From: Octopus vulgaris
Lineage: Eukaryota
Assembly (NCBI GenBank): GCA_951406725.2
Contig: OX597818.1
Span: 5,456,001-5,520,000, forward strand
Reading direction: 5' to 3'
DNA length: 64,000 bases
Shown here: in pieces, positions 25,861 through 40,121 of the stretch
Layout: every line of letters starts with the position of its first letter
Numbering within the stretch: position 1 is the stretch's first letter
Translations under genes and position numbers: made by a program
The notes under the pieces: generated by a model
The model's database searches: none
Told to the model about the DNA's origin: nothing
The model's input: only the letters and a program-made list of their open reading frames with translations

Positions 25861-26639
25861 TTTCAATTCCTATATCGGGTGGTGCATTGCGTTCTTGAGC
25901 AAAACACTTTGTCTCACGTCGTTTTTAGATCACTTTCATACCTGATGCAAGGTAGATACTGCATCTGCTGAGGCAACGTGAATTTCATGGAGGAAATAAG
26001 ATAATGTATGATACATACATTTGGTCATTATTAACAAATCATTTGTGCAGGTCGCGTTCGGCATAAGCTGAATGCTTGTACGTCGTCCATTATACACACA
26101 CATATATAGTTTACTTTTTTGTTAATGTAAGATGAACACTAAAGCACTCCATTTGATGATATTTAAATTCTTTTTACTCTACATAGTATATAGTTATGAG
26201 CTATTAATAATTTCATACGATGGAGATGCTTCATAGACAGGTTTTAATGAGACACCCAGTGTCTCCTACCAATTTTTTTGTCTCTGATATATAGTCGCCT
26301 GCATCATTATGTGGTAAGAAGTTTACTTCCATATCACATAGTTCCGGGTTCAGTCTACTATAGACTCGGATCGACTGGATTTGGTAGACGGAAACTGAAG
26401 CCAGTGAACAGCAATTTTACGAAACCGGTATGACTTTGAATCTCTAACAATTCACAATAATGACTTTTATTACATTTATTCCTGCCTCAGTTCATCTAAT
26501 TGTGTACATCGATCGTTACTTTTCATAAAAAGCCTTTACGTTTTTGATTTCCAATGTGCATTTTCGTTTTTTTCTTCTTACTTTCCCCTAACATTTCCAC
26601 GGGCAGTTTCTATTTCCTTTTTGTAACATATTTCTAATA

Positions 26640-27561
26640 GCAATTGGACATACAAAATTACTACTCCTCTATTAACCCTATTATATTAAATCAGGCTTTA
26701 CTTTTTGCTAGGAGATATACCAACTTAAGTATGGGGGAGGTAAAGGTTATCTTAACAGCTAGAAAAGCATTACTAGAGTTTGATAATAAACTATGGGCTA
26801 GGAAAGACACACCAAACTTATTTGACATCACCATGGGATGCCGGATTCAGCGGAAGTGACAGATCTAGTAGGGATGTATTTACTCGATAACCTTAATAGG
26901 GAATTCCCAGAATTAAAGGGCGGACTATACAGGAACGACTCTTTATTTCTAGTCAAAAACACATATAATAGGAGACTAGATTTACTGAAAAAACGACTAC
27001 ATAAATTTAAAAAAAGTTTTGGCTTAACCATAGCTATTGAAAATGAAAATTACTCTGCCAATTATTTGGATGTCAATTGCAACCTTACTAATGGGATACA
27101 TCAACCGTATATTAAACCTAATTCTAAATTAGTATATATAAACCACTCTTGCAATCACCCCCCCTCAAATTAAAAAGTCACTGGTACGCAGCATTAGTCA
27201 GATAATCTCTTATCTATCCTCAAACGGGGACGTATTCAATAGGCATTGTGAAAAATATAATACGGCTTTGCTTAAGGCAGGCTACACAAATAGAATTTGG
27301 TATATACCCAATAGTAATATTTCCAATACAGGTGGAACTATTATGAATAACACTAATAAATCCAGAAGGGACAATAATAGCTATAGGATAAAGAAAAATA
27401 TGATATATAAAAATACATATGGCTATAATACTAGTTTTGGTAATTTTAGAGCTGTTAACATTAGTCCAAATAACTTAGCGCACAATAGTGATAGTGGGGA
27501 TATTATCAGTAGGCATAATAATAATGATAATATATATTGCAATAGTGAAGTTCATCTACAC

Positions 27562-27606
<45 letters not shown>

Positions 27607-28484
27607 GACATTAACAAAACTAATCCAAAGTGGAATTCTAGGCATTATATTGACAATATTAAAGGTAGAAAGAATATAGGTTTGAAGCGTAATGGGGTTT
27701 TTCCCAAAGATAACAATTTGATGAGTAATCCACATAGTGATGAAGATGCACTATGGCTAATAACACCATATGCAATGCAGATTAAAACAGATATACTCAG
27801 AACAATACATAACATAATATATAGACAATTTGCTAAGGGTAAGAACAAATTTAGCCAAATAATTAACAATAGAACTATTAGAATAGGATATAGCATTACG
27901 AATAATCTAGCCACCATCATTTCCTCCTTTAACAACAGGAAATTGGATTGCTTCTATAATGACAGAAGGATAAACCTGAGGAGTAATGAAAATAGGTGCA
28001 ATGCTATCAATAGGAATAGAGATATTGAGATTTCTGCCAAGGTTAAATCTCCTCAATCTGTTAATAGCTGTAATTGCAGAAGCAGGAACCAATGTGTGTT
28101 TGGAAATAAATGCCTGAGGAAAGAGGTTGTTTACTAATGCGCTGTAAATACACAATATAATAGCAAGGTGTACATTGGTGCGACTAAAAATAGTATAAAA
28201 CAACGGCTAAACTATCATAGATATACTTTTAAAAATTAAAATAGGATGAACTCTACGGGGCTTAGTACGTATATCTGGGAACTCAAGAGTAAGAACATAG
28301 ATTTTAAATTAGATTGGGAAATACTAACATCTGCACCTGTATACAATAGTAGAAATAAAAAATGCTCTTTATGTATCAATGAAATTTTCTTCATCATCAA
28401 GGCTGGCCTATCCATTATTAATAACATTAACGAGAGAAATTTTTTCTGCCTTCACAAGATTTCTCTAGATTTAAATAGCACCTA
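26640..28484 (+). pseudogene. Penelope-like RT + C-terminal GIY-YIG endonuclease (probably Nematis-like), 5' truncated, disrupted
   Basis: DIQNYYSSI, FDITMG/DSAEVTDLVG, GLYRND (YRDD variant), NYLDV, NHPP, CNCRSRNQCVFGNKCL..VVY..VYIGAT, CSLCINE; stops and frameshifts. Confidence 0.9.
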
Positions 28485-30443
28485 ATTTTCCTACCAATAG
28501 TCCTATTACACTCCTTTATATAGAACTGTACTACTGGCCCTCATAATTTATAATTTATAATTTTGTATCTCCATACATATGTTCTATATTGATTGCTTTT
28601 GTCCCGGCTTGCAAAATATAGTGATAAATATACTGAAATATATAGTTATTCTGATATATGCATGATATTCTGATCTCCACAGAGTATTTATGGCTGTAGG
28701 GTGTATATACACATTATATCTAATGGCACTGGTTTGGGTCTATGCTATACCAATATTTAACAAATGTGAGTCTATAATTAGTATACTTTGTTTATTTCGA
28801 TGAGCATATAAGGTGTTTTTTTGCATGTATTTGTTTGGCATCCTCACATTTTAAGTTTATCTTTGTACTCATCCTAATTTGCATTTTATTATATTTATCT
28901 ATTTATCTATACATAGATATATATATATACACATATATATTTCTACTTATTTATTTATTTACTTATTTATTTATTCATGTTTTTATTTTTATTTTACTTG
29001 TATTTTTATTCATTTATTTATTTATCCATTCATTCTTCCCTTTTTTTGCACTTATTAATTTATAATTAATTTAATTTATAATTAATTTACTCATATCTTA
29101 TTTAATAGTAATTTCTGCTTACGTATCGTGTCTACATGTATACGTCCTTTGATGGACAGTCATATATCTTGTAATTTAGTAAATATAGGTAGAAATGTCG
29201 AAATGTGTTCATATATGTATGTATGTGTATGTATGTGTTTTTATGCATATATATGTTCTTAGTTGGATATAAGTGTGTATGTTGTTCTTATGCATATGAG
29301 TATGCAAGTACGTATCTGAATATGTATATATGTTTATGCGAATATTTGCAATCACAGTACATGAAAATGTATTAATGTTTATGCGTCGAAATGTGTCCAT
29401 ATGTGTATATATATATATGTGTGTATGTATGTTTTTGGATGTATATTTGTATTCATGGGTGGATATATATATGTATATATTTTTCTTGTACGTATGGGTG
29501 CGCATGTATACATTTGAATGTGTACATATGTATATGAGAATGTCTTCAGACACAGTATATAGGAGTGCATTAATGTTTATACATATGTGCGGATGTGCGT
29601 GTGAATGTGTGTGTGAGTGTATAAACGCTGCTATAGATTTCCCTGCCTGCACTGGCTTATCTATACGCCACTCGATGACAGACATATGATATGTCGGAAA
29701 GTATTCATATGTATACACATGTGTATGCATGTTTTTGTATTGATATTTATATTCATGGTTGGGTATATATATATGTATATATGCTTTTCTTATGTGTATT
29801 AGAACGCAAATGAATATTTGGATGTGCATATAAACATATGCGAAAGTTTGCAGACATGGTTCATTAGAGTATATATGTATATGTATATGTGCGGATGTAC
29901 GCGTGTACGTGTATATGTGTGTACAAATGTTGGTATAGTTTTTCCCTTGCCTACGCTAGTGTAGTAGAAACCTAAAGCTATCAACAAACCAACCGTAGGA
30001 CAGACAATGGTAAATTAAATTCAAACCCACAGGCCAATCATAATATAGTGCTAGATCCGTAATTATTTCTGAAATAATAGTGTATTTATGTCACAAGGAA
30101 AACTATAAACTTAAAATCGGACTTACATATGTACATCTGTGGATTTAATGTGGTATAAACAGAATGCTGGTACTTCTTATTTCGTATGTATATGCGGATA
30201 TATAACACTTTGCACGGTATTGTAATACTATTGTGACTATATTGTTAATAATGAATTTATGTATTGTTTCTCTGGTATTAGCGGAGCATATGTATGTTTA
30301 TTAATTTTTATTATTTATATCATTATGTATATTTATATTTATATGTATATGAGTATGAGTATATGCACTTATATGTATATGTATATGTTTTATTATGGGT
30401 ATATACCTACATCTTTATAAGTATATATGTAATCTAATTTGCA

Positions 30444-30569
30444 ATCTCCGAAGAGGCCTTATGATGTTTTGTAAATGTCTCGTTTATAACTACATATTGA
30501 CCTACCATAAATGGCTAATATGTGTTGAATGAGACATGCTTATCTACATGGCCGAAACAGCTGTAAGAT
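30444..30569 (+). ncRNA. Type I HHR, U4C variant, ~100-nt stem II
   Basis: ATCT-CCGAAGA-GGCC..ATGTCTCGTT..ACATATTG..TAATATGT..AATGAGACAT..GGCC-GAAAC-AGCT-GTA^AGAT. Confidence 0.8.
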
Positions 30570-30972
30570 ATACTCTATATTTATATTTATGTGTACTTAT
30601 ATTTATGTTCTATTATACGTATTCTACTTATTGTATAACATTACTATTTTATGTACACTCTTTCATGTACCCTGTTTTACCCTGCATTATTACGTTTAAC
30701 CTTATAGTTTCTTACGTAGTGGTTTAATAAAGTATGTCATTGAGTATTATCTGGTAATTGATATTTGATTTCGATGTATTTCTCCATTTTCTTATTTTGT
30801 ATAATTAATCTGTGGTAAAACATTTTACCTTTGCCCATATAATACAATAAATGAATTAATTGTATCGCAATTCTTAACATTTATGTATTAACTTTGTTGG
30901 GTACCTCACTAGCAGTATATTGGATATATGGTATCCCATGGTGGGTTGCATTTACAACCCCTATCTCAATTT

Positions 30973-30975
<3 letters not shown>

Positions 30976-31062
<87 letters not shown>

Positions 31063-31081
31063 GTGTGTGTGTGTGTGTATG

Positions 31082-31131
<50 letters not shown>
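30976..31131. repeat. (TA)n/(TG)n compound microsatellite
   Basis: Direct reading. Confidence 0.97.
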
Positions 31132-31136
<5 letters not shown>

Positions 31137-32469
31137 CCTTGAATTAAAATACTCTAGGCATCTCATGTGCAGTAAGGTGGTAAGGGCTAAGAACTGCAAC
31201 AAGTTATATAAGACCACAATAAATGATTTAAATGCTTACCAGATTCCCGACTATGTTTTATATTTCTTTTATACTTTAACCGTGATATGCAAACTTATAT
31301 ATCATGGAAAGTCTCCACAGTATGGAATGTGTTCTTCACACAGCGAAGAAAATAGATAATATATTGATTGACTAAGAAATATTATGGAAAATAAACAAAT
31401 TTGAATCACATGGTTAGGAAGAGAAAAATGTAGCAACAGCATACACACAACTACGTTCTGGCATGCATGAATACATTCAAAGTTAAGCGCTTAGTGAGTT
31501 CAAAATCAATGCACGCATAGTCGGTTAACCAGTGTTTTTTTGGTCAATGAAATACACCCAAATGTTTGGAAATAGCCTGACCAATTCTTTCTTTATATCT
31601 CTCTCAACAACAAAAAACTTGATTAAAGTTATGATAATTACAACTGTCCATTAATACGCTAGTAGATGAATGTATAATTGTTAAAAGTGGCAATGACAGA
31701 TGTGAGGTTCAGTGGAGTCAATGAAAAACATTTTGAGCTTGGTACATTTTAACATTTTATAGAAATGTTGGTGCCGGAGAGCTTTTCTCTCCCTGTGCAT
31801 ACTTGAATGTTCAACTGAAATATTGTCGTATCAGGGCCTAAAACAATTTTCCCCAAGAATTGTCGTCTGATACACGCAAGCATGGAAAAGTGGATATTAA
31901 ATCGATATTGATGAAGATGATGATGATGACATGTTGAAAGATTAGTCAGTTACATATGAATGTATATGTAGGTCTGTATGTGCATGTATGTAAAATGTAT
32001 TTATTTGCGCCACGTTTACATCTGTACCCGTATGGTCATATGCATATACATGGGCACATAATACCCATATATACATAAACATACATACATTCCAGTATAT
32101 ATGAAAATATTTAAGTAACCAACTCATAAATTTAACATTAGGAAAATGTATTACTGCGATAAACTTGTTAGTGAAAGGTCTTCATTTGGCTATATCAATT
32201 CCCGACATCACGGCCGCATATAAAATGGCAATAAATGAAAGCAAGATGCAAACAATTTTTAAAATATTCCAATACAGTTGTGCATAGAGTATGGAAGCTA
32301 AATACATGTTTAAGTATATACACTGACAAATAAATACACGCACCTGCATTCACATAGTACAGCTAGTAAATAGGAAGAAAGCACTCCAAAAATGGTGCTG
32401 TGTGTCTTCTTTATGGAAACTGAATCCACTGTGTGAAATTCAATTCACATGCATTATATATGTGCATAG

Positions 32470-32481
32470 CTACTTATCTAT

Positions 32482-32555
<74 letters not shown>
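32470..32555. repeat. (TCTA)n microsatellite
   Basis: Direct reading. Confidence 0.97.
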
Positions 32556-32937
32556 CTCTCTCTCTCCACATATATATATACCGGACACACACATCTATAT
32601 AAATCGACACGTCTATAAACAATCATATGCACATACTTATTTATCCAATACTAACATTACACATTTTATATTACACAATAAGGACAATGAGTTACTCAAT
32701 CGGTTTTCACAAATCATAAGGTTACAGAATGCGATGCAGATCATCTAACGTCGTATTCGATTTATTGAATGTCTACATTACGACATGGCTTACTTCAAGA
32801 AGAATCTTCCATGTGAGATTGTCGAATGCAAATACAAATTAACTGTACTTGTGTGCGTATGTGTGTGCAAATATGTGTGAAAATGTTCATGTATATGCAT
32901 GCATGTGTGTGTACCTGTGTATATGTGGGTATAAATG

Positions 32938-32981
<44 letters not shown>

Positions 32982-33029
32982 ACAATGCACATAGATACAT
33001 TACACACATATATATATATATATATATAG

Positions 33030-34860
33030 TAGTAACAGAAAAGAGGAATTTTTGATTATCCCCACGTGGTGAGTTGTAATGTATATAAGAAATTAGAAGG
33101 AAAATACGCACACTTTCATAGTTTTAATGTAATTTTTAATATATCGACCGATTTCGCTATCGCTATTCATGATATTATGTTTTACTTATTTGAATATATA
33201 TATTTTTCTTAAGATGGATTTTTGTCCATGTTGTGTGTGATGAAATTCACAAGTAGATAAATAAAGAGAGGTAATTGGTTGTCGTTATTATTGTTATTGT
33301 TTTGGGTAAGGGAGATAAATGTTCAGCTTTCGGTAACGGGTGGGGATTATATATGTGTACAGACAGAGAGAAGTTTCAAAAACCTTGTTTAGTAGGGAAT
33401 TTATGTACAGTGATGTAATCGTGAATTGAAATATGTAAAAAGATAAAAGTTGGTTATGCGGGCATATTAAGACGTGTTTTGTATTTTTCAATGAAAAAAG
33501 TTTCTTATTTAAACGTTCTAGTTGAGAGATTGCGTCTTTGCACTGGTAGAAAGGGAAGACTATGAAATTTGGTTTGATGTTACCTGCAAATTTTCTATAT
33601 GTTCACTGAGAGGAATTTGTCTGTATTGCGGGAAACTGATTTGCTCTTTATGTAGAGTGCTTCTCTTTCTTAAGGTCATACTCGTTTGTCCAATATAGTG
33701 GTATTCGCAGCCCGAGCAGGTTATTACATAAATTAGTTTCTCAGAGGCACAAGTGAAACTAGTTTTAATTGTGGACCTCTGTCCTTGTTTGAAAAGGAAA
33801 TCCGAGCCTTCAAGCAGGTTGGGGCAGGTTCCACAGTTTGGGCGTCCACATTTTTCAACTGCTGGTTTCGTGGCTGTTTTGTAAAGCTTCGCATTTGTAA
33901 GTAGTCTCTTTAGCGATTTGTCTTGTTTTTTTGCTTTTGATGAGTTTGTGTGTTTTCAGAATGTCGTTCATTTTTGGATCTCTAGTTAGTAAAAGAAGAG
34001 TTTGCACAATAGTGTCAAATGTCTCACTCTTTCTGGGGTTGTGTGTTGATATAAATAGTAATGATTTGAGTTGAGGTGTGGTGTTATGTTTTGTTATTCT
34101 TAGTTTTTTGTGTCTAATTGTTTGGCACATTTAATTCCCTCGTCGATAATACAGAGTGGATATTGTCTTTCAATAAGTTTTGTTTTGATGTCTTGAAGAC
34201 GAAGGTCCCGAGTTGTTCTATCAGACACTATTGTGCAAATACGTTTTGCCAAATTGAAAGGGATGTTTATTTTGACGTGGCTCGAGTGGCATGCGTTAAA
34301 GAGAAGATATTGTTTTGAATGAGTTGGTTTATAATAGATTTCAGTTATGATTTCATTGTTAACTTTTTTTATCATAATGTCTAAAAATGGGAGTTGTTCT
34401 TTGTTATATCCCATTGTGAATTGAATGTTACTATTTATGTCATTTAGTGTTGATTTGAAATCCAAAAGTTTGTCGATGTTCTCCTTCCAGATGATAAAGC
34501 AGTCATCTAGGTATCTCTTCCAATTTTCTTTTATGTAGAGGTAAAATGGGTAACCATATTTCTGAAGTGATATTTCATATAAGGTGAATTAAAAATAACC
34601 CATTATTAGATTCGCAAGAACAGGAACTGCTTTCGTCCCCATCGCAATTCCACATTTGTGACGATAGTTTGTGTCGTCAAATAGGAAATAATTGTTCTGA
34701 AGTATAAATTTTAAGGATTCAATAATGAAGATCTGGTTTATGCGCGGGAGACTTTCGGGGTACTTTTCCAACCAGAATGTAATTGCTTTTATTCCATAGC
34801 CATGGGGGATGTTGGTGTAAAGATTGATAACATCGAGGGTAACCAATATTGCCTCTTAAT
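33030..34860 (-). mobile_element. Penelope-like element (Neptune-like), 5' truncated, disrupted ORF, with 3' UTR
   Basis: LDVINLYTNIP, GIAMGT..ANLIMGY, WKRYLDDCF, LPFLDI, YYKPT, CGRPNCGTC, FTCASEKLIY..TCSGC..YIGQT. Confidence 0.92.
33141..33175 (-). ncRNA. Minimal type I HHR, A3-U8 variant, in 3' UTR of the PLE
   Basis: Minus strand ATATC-ATGAATA-GC[gata]GC-GAAAT-CG-GTC^GATAT. Confidence 0.7.
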
Positions 34861-34869
34861 TAATGTATT

Positions 34870-35293
34870 ATTTAATTGGTGTCTACTGGAACTCCTGCCA
34901 ACAAATTTTGAACGAATAATTGGGAATGAAAAGGGGTTCAGCAAAATTTATCCCTCGTTTTCTCACAGAAGATCAAAAGCAGTCACGGCTTAGTGCGTGT
35001 CGTAAAGGGAAAGAACAGTTGGAAGTTGATCCAGACCTCTTTACGTAGGTCATCACTGGTGAGGAAAGTTGGTGGTACGGAATTTTCAGATGTGGAAGAA
35101 CTGGAAACAAAACGACGGAGATGTTAAATGGTATCACTTCACAAGCGTTCTAGCACTGCTTCGAATAGTAGAAAACGCGCTTATGCGGCTGTATTGGTTC
35201 AAATAGAGAATAATTTTGAAGGCGATAAATGTGTAAACATGTAAAAAAATTAAATGTTGCAATATTCCGGTTCCTTTTGGGTACGCCTTCGTA
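34870..35293 (+). mobile_element. Mariner transposon remnant
   Basis: LGMKRGSAKFIPRFLTEDQKQSRL..VITGEESWWY; right TIR-like end TTCCGGTTCCTTTTGGGTACGCCTTCG-TA. Confidence 0.85.
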
Positions 35294-35642
35294 TAGCAGG
35301 CAGAAAGACTAAAGTAGTAGGATTCTTCTAATCCGCACTAACAACAAAATAGCACTTGATGCCGTGTGCTCAAAGGAATACTGACTGTGCGCCTCATTAA
35401 TCTTTTCAACTCTAGGCACGAGGCTCGAAATTTTTAGGGAGGGGTCCAGTTGATTAGGTTGACCCCAGTACACAACTGGTACTTAATTTATCGAACCTGA
35501 AAGGATGAAAAGCAAAGTCGACCCCAGCGGAATTTGCACTCAGAACGTACAGTGCACCTTATTAATCAACCAGTAATGCATTTCTACCAATCTAAAAAGT
35601 GTATAACAACAAATTATTTTCTATTTATCGCTGAATAATTAG

Positions 35643-35665
35643 TAATAATAATAATGATGATGATG

Positions 35666-35747
<82 letters not shown>

Positions 35748-35752
35748 TGATG

Positions 35753-35822
<70 letters not shown>

Positions 35823-35863
35823 TAATAATAATAATAATAATAATAATGATAATAATAATAATA
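35643..35863. repeat. (AAT)n microsatellite
   Basis: Direct reading. Confidence 0.98.
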
Positions 35864-36049
35864 AAATGAAGAAGAAAGCAGTATAACGATTTGAAGTGCG
35901 AAATACGAAGGTTGTGGTCAATCAGGTTATTTGACGTGATACCAATAATAATTGGAGCAGTTGCAAGTCGATTTGCTCGACTAAATGCGGTGCTCCAGCA
36001 TGGCCACGGTAAAATGACTGAAACAAATAAAAGAATAAAAGAATAATGG

Positions 36050-36664
36050 TAGTTTTGTCAGAAAATGTTACATAAAACGAGAAAGCAAACATTCAGCCAT
36101 ATCTATTAACGGACAAGTTCTGTTGTAGTCCTTGATCACATTGTCTGGTCGATTAGAGTCAATTTTTCTGTCTGTTTGTATTGAGAAGTTCCAAAGGATG
36201 GATGAAACCCTCGGCATTTACTACATCCTGTAGATGGTGTTTGTACCACTTATCATGGGATATGATTTTGTAGTATTTACAAGCATTCCAGTGAATGTAC
36301 TACCCTAGTCTGTCATGTCGTATGAGGTACTCCTTTTCAGGGAGGATTGGGTAGCCAAGAACAACATGCTCAATTGTCTCTGTGAATTTTCTACAAATTC
36401 TGCACGATGGGTCAGATCCATTTTTAAGGACGCTTGCATGGTAGTTTCTGGTAGGTAAGCTTTGATCATGCGCTGCAATAACAAAGTCTTCTGTTTCCCC
36501 TTTCAGGCCTCTCCCTTGTAGCCATCAGTGTGTTAGATTTTGATGAATATATGGCGGTTAGGGCATTTTCCATACAAGAGTTTACATTTCCAGTTGTCTT
36601 CGATATTATTCATGCAAGCCTTTGATTTTTGTTTCGTATTTTTGCTTTTTGTTTGATGTTTTTG

Positions 36665-36665
<1 letters not shown>
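36050..36665 (-). pseudogene. R4/Dong-type LINE C-terminal fragment
   Basis: GSDPSCRICRKFTETIEHVV..EYLIRHD..YIHW, NRPD; abuts (ATT)n. Confidence 0.85.
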
Positions 36666-36734
<69 letters not shown>

Positions 36735-36989
36735 GAGTGATTATCATTCTTCACCACTACTCCTGGACATGATCAGAGAAGCATATATCATCAGTTACTT
36801 AGGTACGTGCTCAGTTGCTGAAGGTCAAACAACTAACAAGCAAATCTGTGTGCTGTAGACCATCTTTTATATCATGAAAATATATGTGCATTCTAACACT
36901 ACTAATCGGCTAAGCCACATTGTTATTATAGTATTATTATAAAAATCAGAAAGATCTTTATGTAACACAGACATTTTGCCATTTAGAAA

Positions 36990-37160
36990 AAAAACTGACA
37001 AATGTTAGGATAGAAACCAAATGTTATATTGGATCAGTAGAAGCAAAATTTAAATCTTGATACAGTTATCTTTCAAACTTTTGACACCCCGAGGGAAAGC
37101 ATACAACGACCATCTGGGCGTTAATCTGGAAACGTCATTACAATATCAAATGGAAGATAG
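36990..37160 (+). pseudogene. PLE GIY-YIG fragment
   Basis: KCYIGSVEAKFKS..LIWK..IKWKIV. Confidence 0.55.
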
Positions 37161-38520
37161 TTATTCGTTTGTTGTAGATGCGTTCAGAAGGGGCCTTATT
37201 TTGTAATAAAGAGAGTTTCTTTACTTATTCGTTGGCTCGAGGTTGTATCGTCCCTGAATTGGTAGAGGGGGAAAATTCCGAAGCTTGGAGTTTTGTTGTT
37301 GGCGCAAATATCTATTTGTTGGCTGAATGCTATTTTTCTGTTTTGGGGAATTTTTATCTGGGATCTGTGCAGAGCCATTCTTTTACGTAAACTATCGTTT
37401 GTTTGGCCTATGTATTGCTCTTGACAACCCAAGCAGGTTAGTGTGTATATCAGGTTCTCCGAAGCACATGTGAAGTTGCTTTTCACTGTGAACCGTTGTC
37501 CCTGTTTGAAGGAGAACTCTGATCCCTCAATTAGATAATCGCATATCCCACAATTGGGTCTTTCACATTTTTTACTGTCGGCTTATGTGTTGATGAACGT
37601 ATTCAAGCTTGTGTTAGGAGACTTTTCATAGATTTGGGCTGTCTCTTGCTTTTTATGATCGTGTGTGTTTGGAGGATTAAGTTCATTCTGTGGTCTTTTT
37701 GTAGCAGGGGTGTGTTTTGGAGGATGGCGTCGAAGGCTTCATTGTTGAGAGGGTTGTGTGTGGAGATGTATGGTAAGGCTTTTGGTCGTAAATTTTTCTT
37801 TAATTTGGGATGTCTGAGTTCCTGGAAGTTGAGTTGAATGCATATGTCAATTAGTGAAGGTGGGTAGTTCCTGGTGGTGAGGGTATCTTTTAGTTCATGT
37901 AGTCGTGTGTCTCTAGTGTTTGCATTAGAAACTATAGTAATATTCTTTTTGCTAGGTAGAAGGGGATATTCATTCTGGTGTGTCTGGGGTGGCATGAATT
38001 GAAAGGAAGATATTGCTTAGAATCCGTAGGCTTGTAGTATATATCTGTTTCTATTACATTATTAGATTTCTTAATGAGGATGTCGAGGAAGGGGAGTTGT
38101 TGCTGGCTATATTCCATCGTGAATTATTATTATTATTCTCCCCCCTCTTCTTCTTAACTTCATCACTAATGCTCTTTAGTATAACACCTACGCAAATTCT
38201 ATAAACAAACCTTTTAATAGAAATATTTTCATGAATTGGACAGCAGGAACTGCTAGCCACGACTGACCAACGACAATGAAGGCAAACCCAAATTCTTCCT
38301 CCCTTTCTCCCCCTCCTCCTTCTCCTCCTCCTTCTTTCAGTTTCTCTATATTTTCATGCCAAAGAATGAAACAGTCATCTAGGTATCTCTTCCAGTTGTT
38401 TTCTATGTAGAGGGAGAAAGGGCTGCCATATCTTTCTAGAACCTTACGATACAGACTGATTTCTAGATATCCCATGACTAGGTTGGCAAAGGAGGGGCCA
38501 TTCGCGTACCCATCGCAGTC
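37161..38520 (-). pseudogene. Penelope-like element (Neptune-like), disrupted, with unrelated insert ~38125-38330
   Basis: GTAMGT, ANLVMGY, WKRYLDDCF, LPFLDI, YYKPTD, FTCASENLIYTLTCLGCQEQYIGQT. Confidence 0.92.
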
Positions 38521-38564
<44 letters not shown>

Positions 38565-39666
38565 ATATATATACATATATACACCTACACACATACACAC
38601 ATGCATACACATATACATACATACATACACATACATATACATATGTACACACCCACATACACATACATATAAATAAACATACATACACACATATATATAC
38701 ATACACATACATACACCCACCCACCCACACATACACACACATATATATGTGTGTGTGTGTGTGTGTACACTTCCACTCATACATACACCCACGCATGCAT
38801 ACATGTAAATCCCACTATGTATAAATCTTCATACATACACGCCCGTGGATTCATGCATACACACACGTAAAAGCATCACATCTTCTAAATATCTATCTTG
38901 ATTTTGGGGATGTGACAGTTTTAATTTAATTAACAAATTAATAATTTAAATGTAAAGATAAAAATAAACGGTAAAATTAGAAAAAAAATAAAATATACAA
39001 AAGCAATGTACAGGAGCAAATATTATAATGGAAAAAATAATCGAAAAGTTCTGGTGATAACAATATTGTTACAATATTACAATATAATATTGATTGGAAA
39101 AATACGTTGGTTTGAGAGATTTCAAGATGATCCACTATGTAAAATACTCTTATTTATATTGTTAGGGAAAGTGAGAAGTTAAAAGTTTCTAGTTGTTTAT
39201 TACCCTATAATACTCATCTAATGTTAATATTCATAAAGATATTAATGAAGTTATATGCTAAATTATAGAGAACAATGGTTAGATTAATTATCTATGTTCC
39301 ATATAGATACGCATAAGTAAGTATAAATTTTCCAGATTAAATGTTATGTGCATACTATCCGGGGATAGAGTTGTTGGGGTAAGTCCATGAATAGTTAATC
39401 TAATAACTGAGTAGTGGTAGATTATTGAAATTCCAATGTGAAATGATTATGAAGGTATTACAAGGGAGAATTAAGGATTATAATATTTAAAGGTTTTAGT
39501 TAATTTATGCATGCAAGATGGCTTAAATTCAGATCTTTATTAACTAGCTTCTTTTTAACTTTGAATCTAATGATTTTTAGAAGTTCTAAGCAACATAGCT
39601 GGTAACCCGTTCTATTATTTTTATAAGTAGCTGCCGATCCAATAATGGACCATCTAAGGTTATATA

Positions 39667-40058
39667 TCTTTATATATAAAAGTAAGGTTGTGTGTCTGTC
39701 TACTCCGATTTAGATTCCTAACTACTCCCACATTTTGCGGTGCAGTTTAACCAAAACCGGGTATCTTATAGTCGTGATTCATATCGAGCCCGTCTGGATA
39801 TTAGCGCGCGTCTACGATGAGTCTACGATTTTAAAAATAATTTACCATAATTTCTTTTCCATTTTAATGCATATTTTTTTTAATATAAGGGAAGTAACTC
39901 TCTAAAAATGTCTACGATGAGTCAACGATTTAAAAAAATTACCATCATATTTTTTCAATTTTTAATGCATTTTTTTGCTATTTTGGGGATATAACTCTCT
40001 AAAAATGCTTTATAGTTATTTCCCTTACAAACCCGAGCAACGCCGGGCGATACTGCTA

Positions 40059-40059
<1 letters not shown>
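39667..40059 (+). mobile_element. Non-autonomous Helitron
   Basis: A|TC start, CTAG|T end, subterminal hairpin CCCGAGCAACGCCGGG, internal ~100-bp duplication. Confidence 0.85.
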
Positions 40060-40116
<57 letters not shown>

Positions 40117-40121
<5 letters not shown>

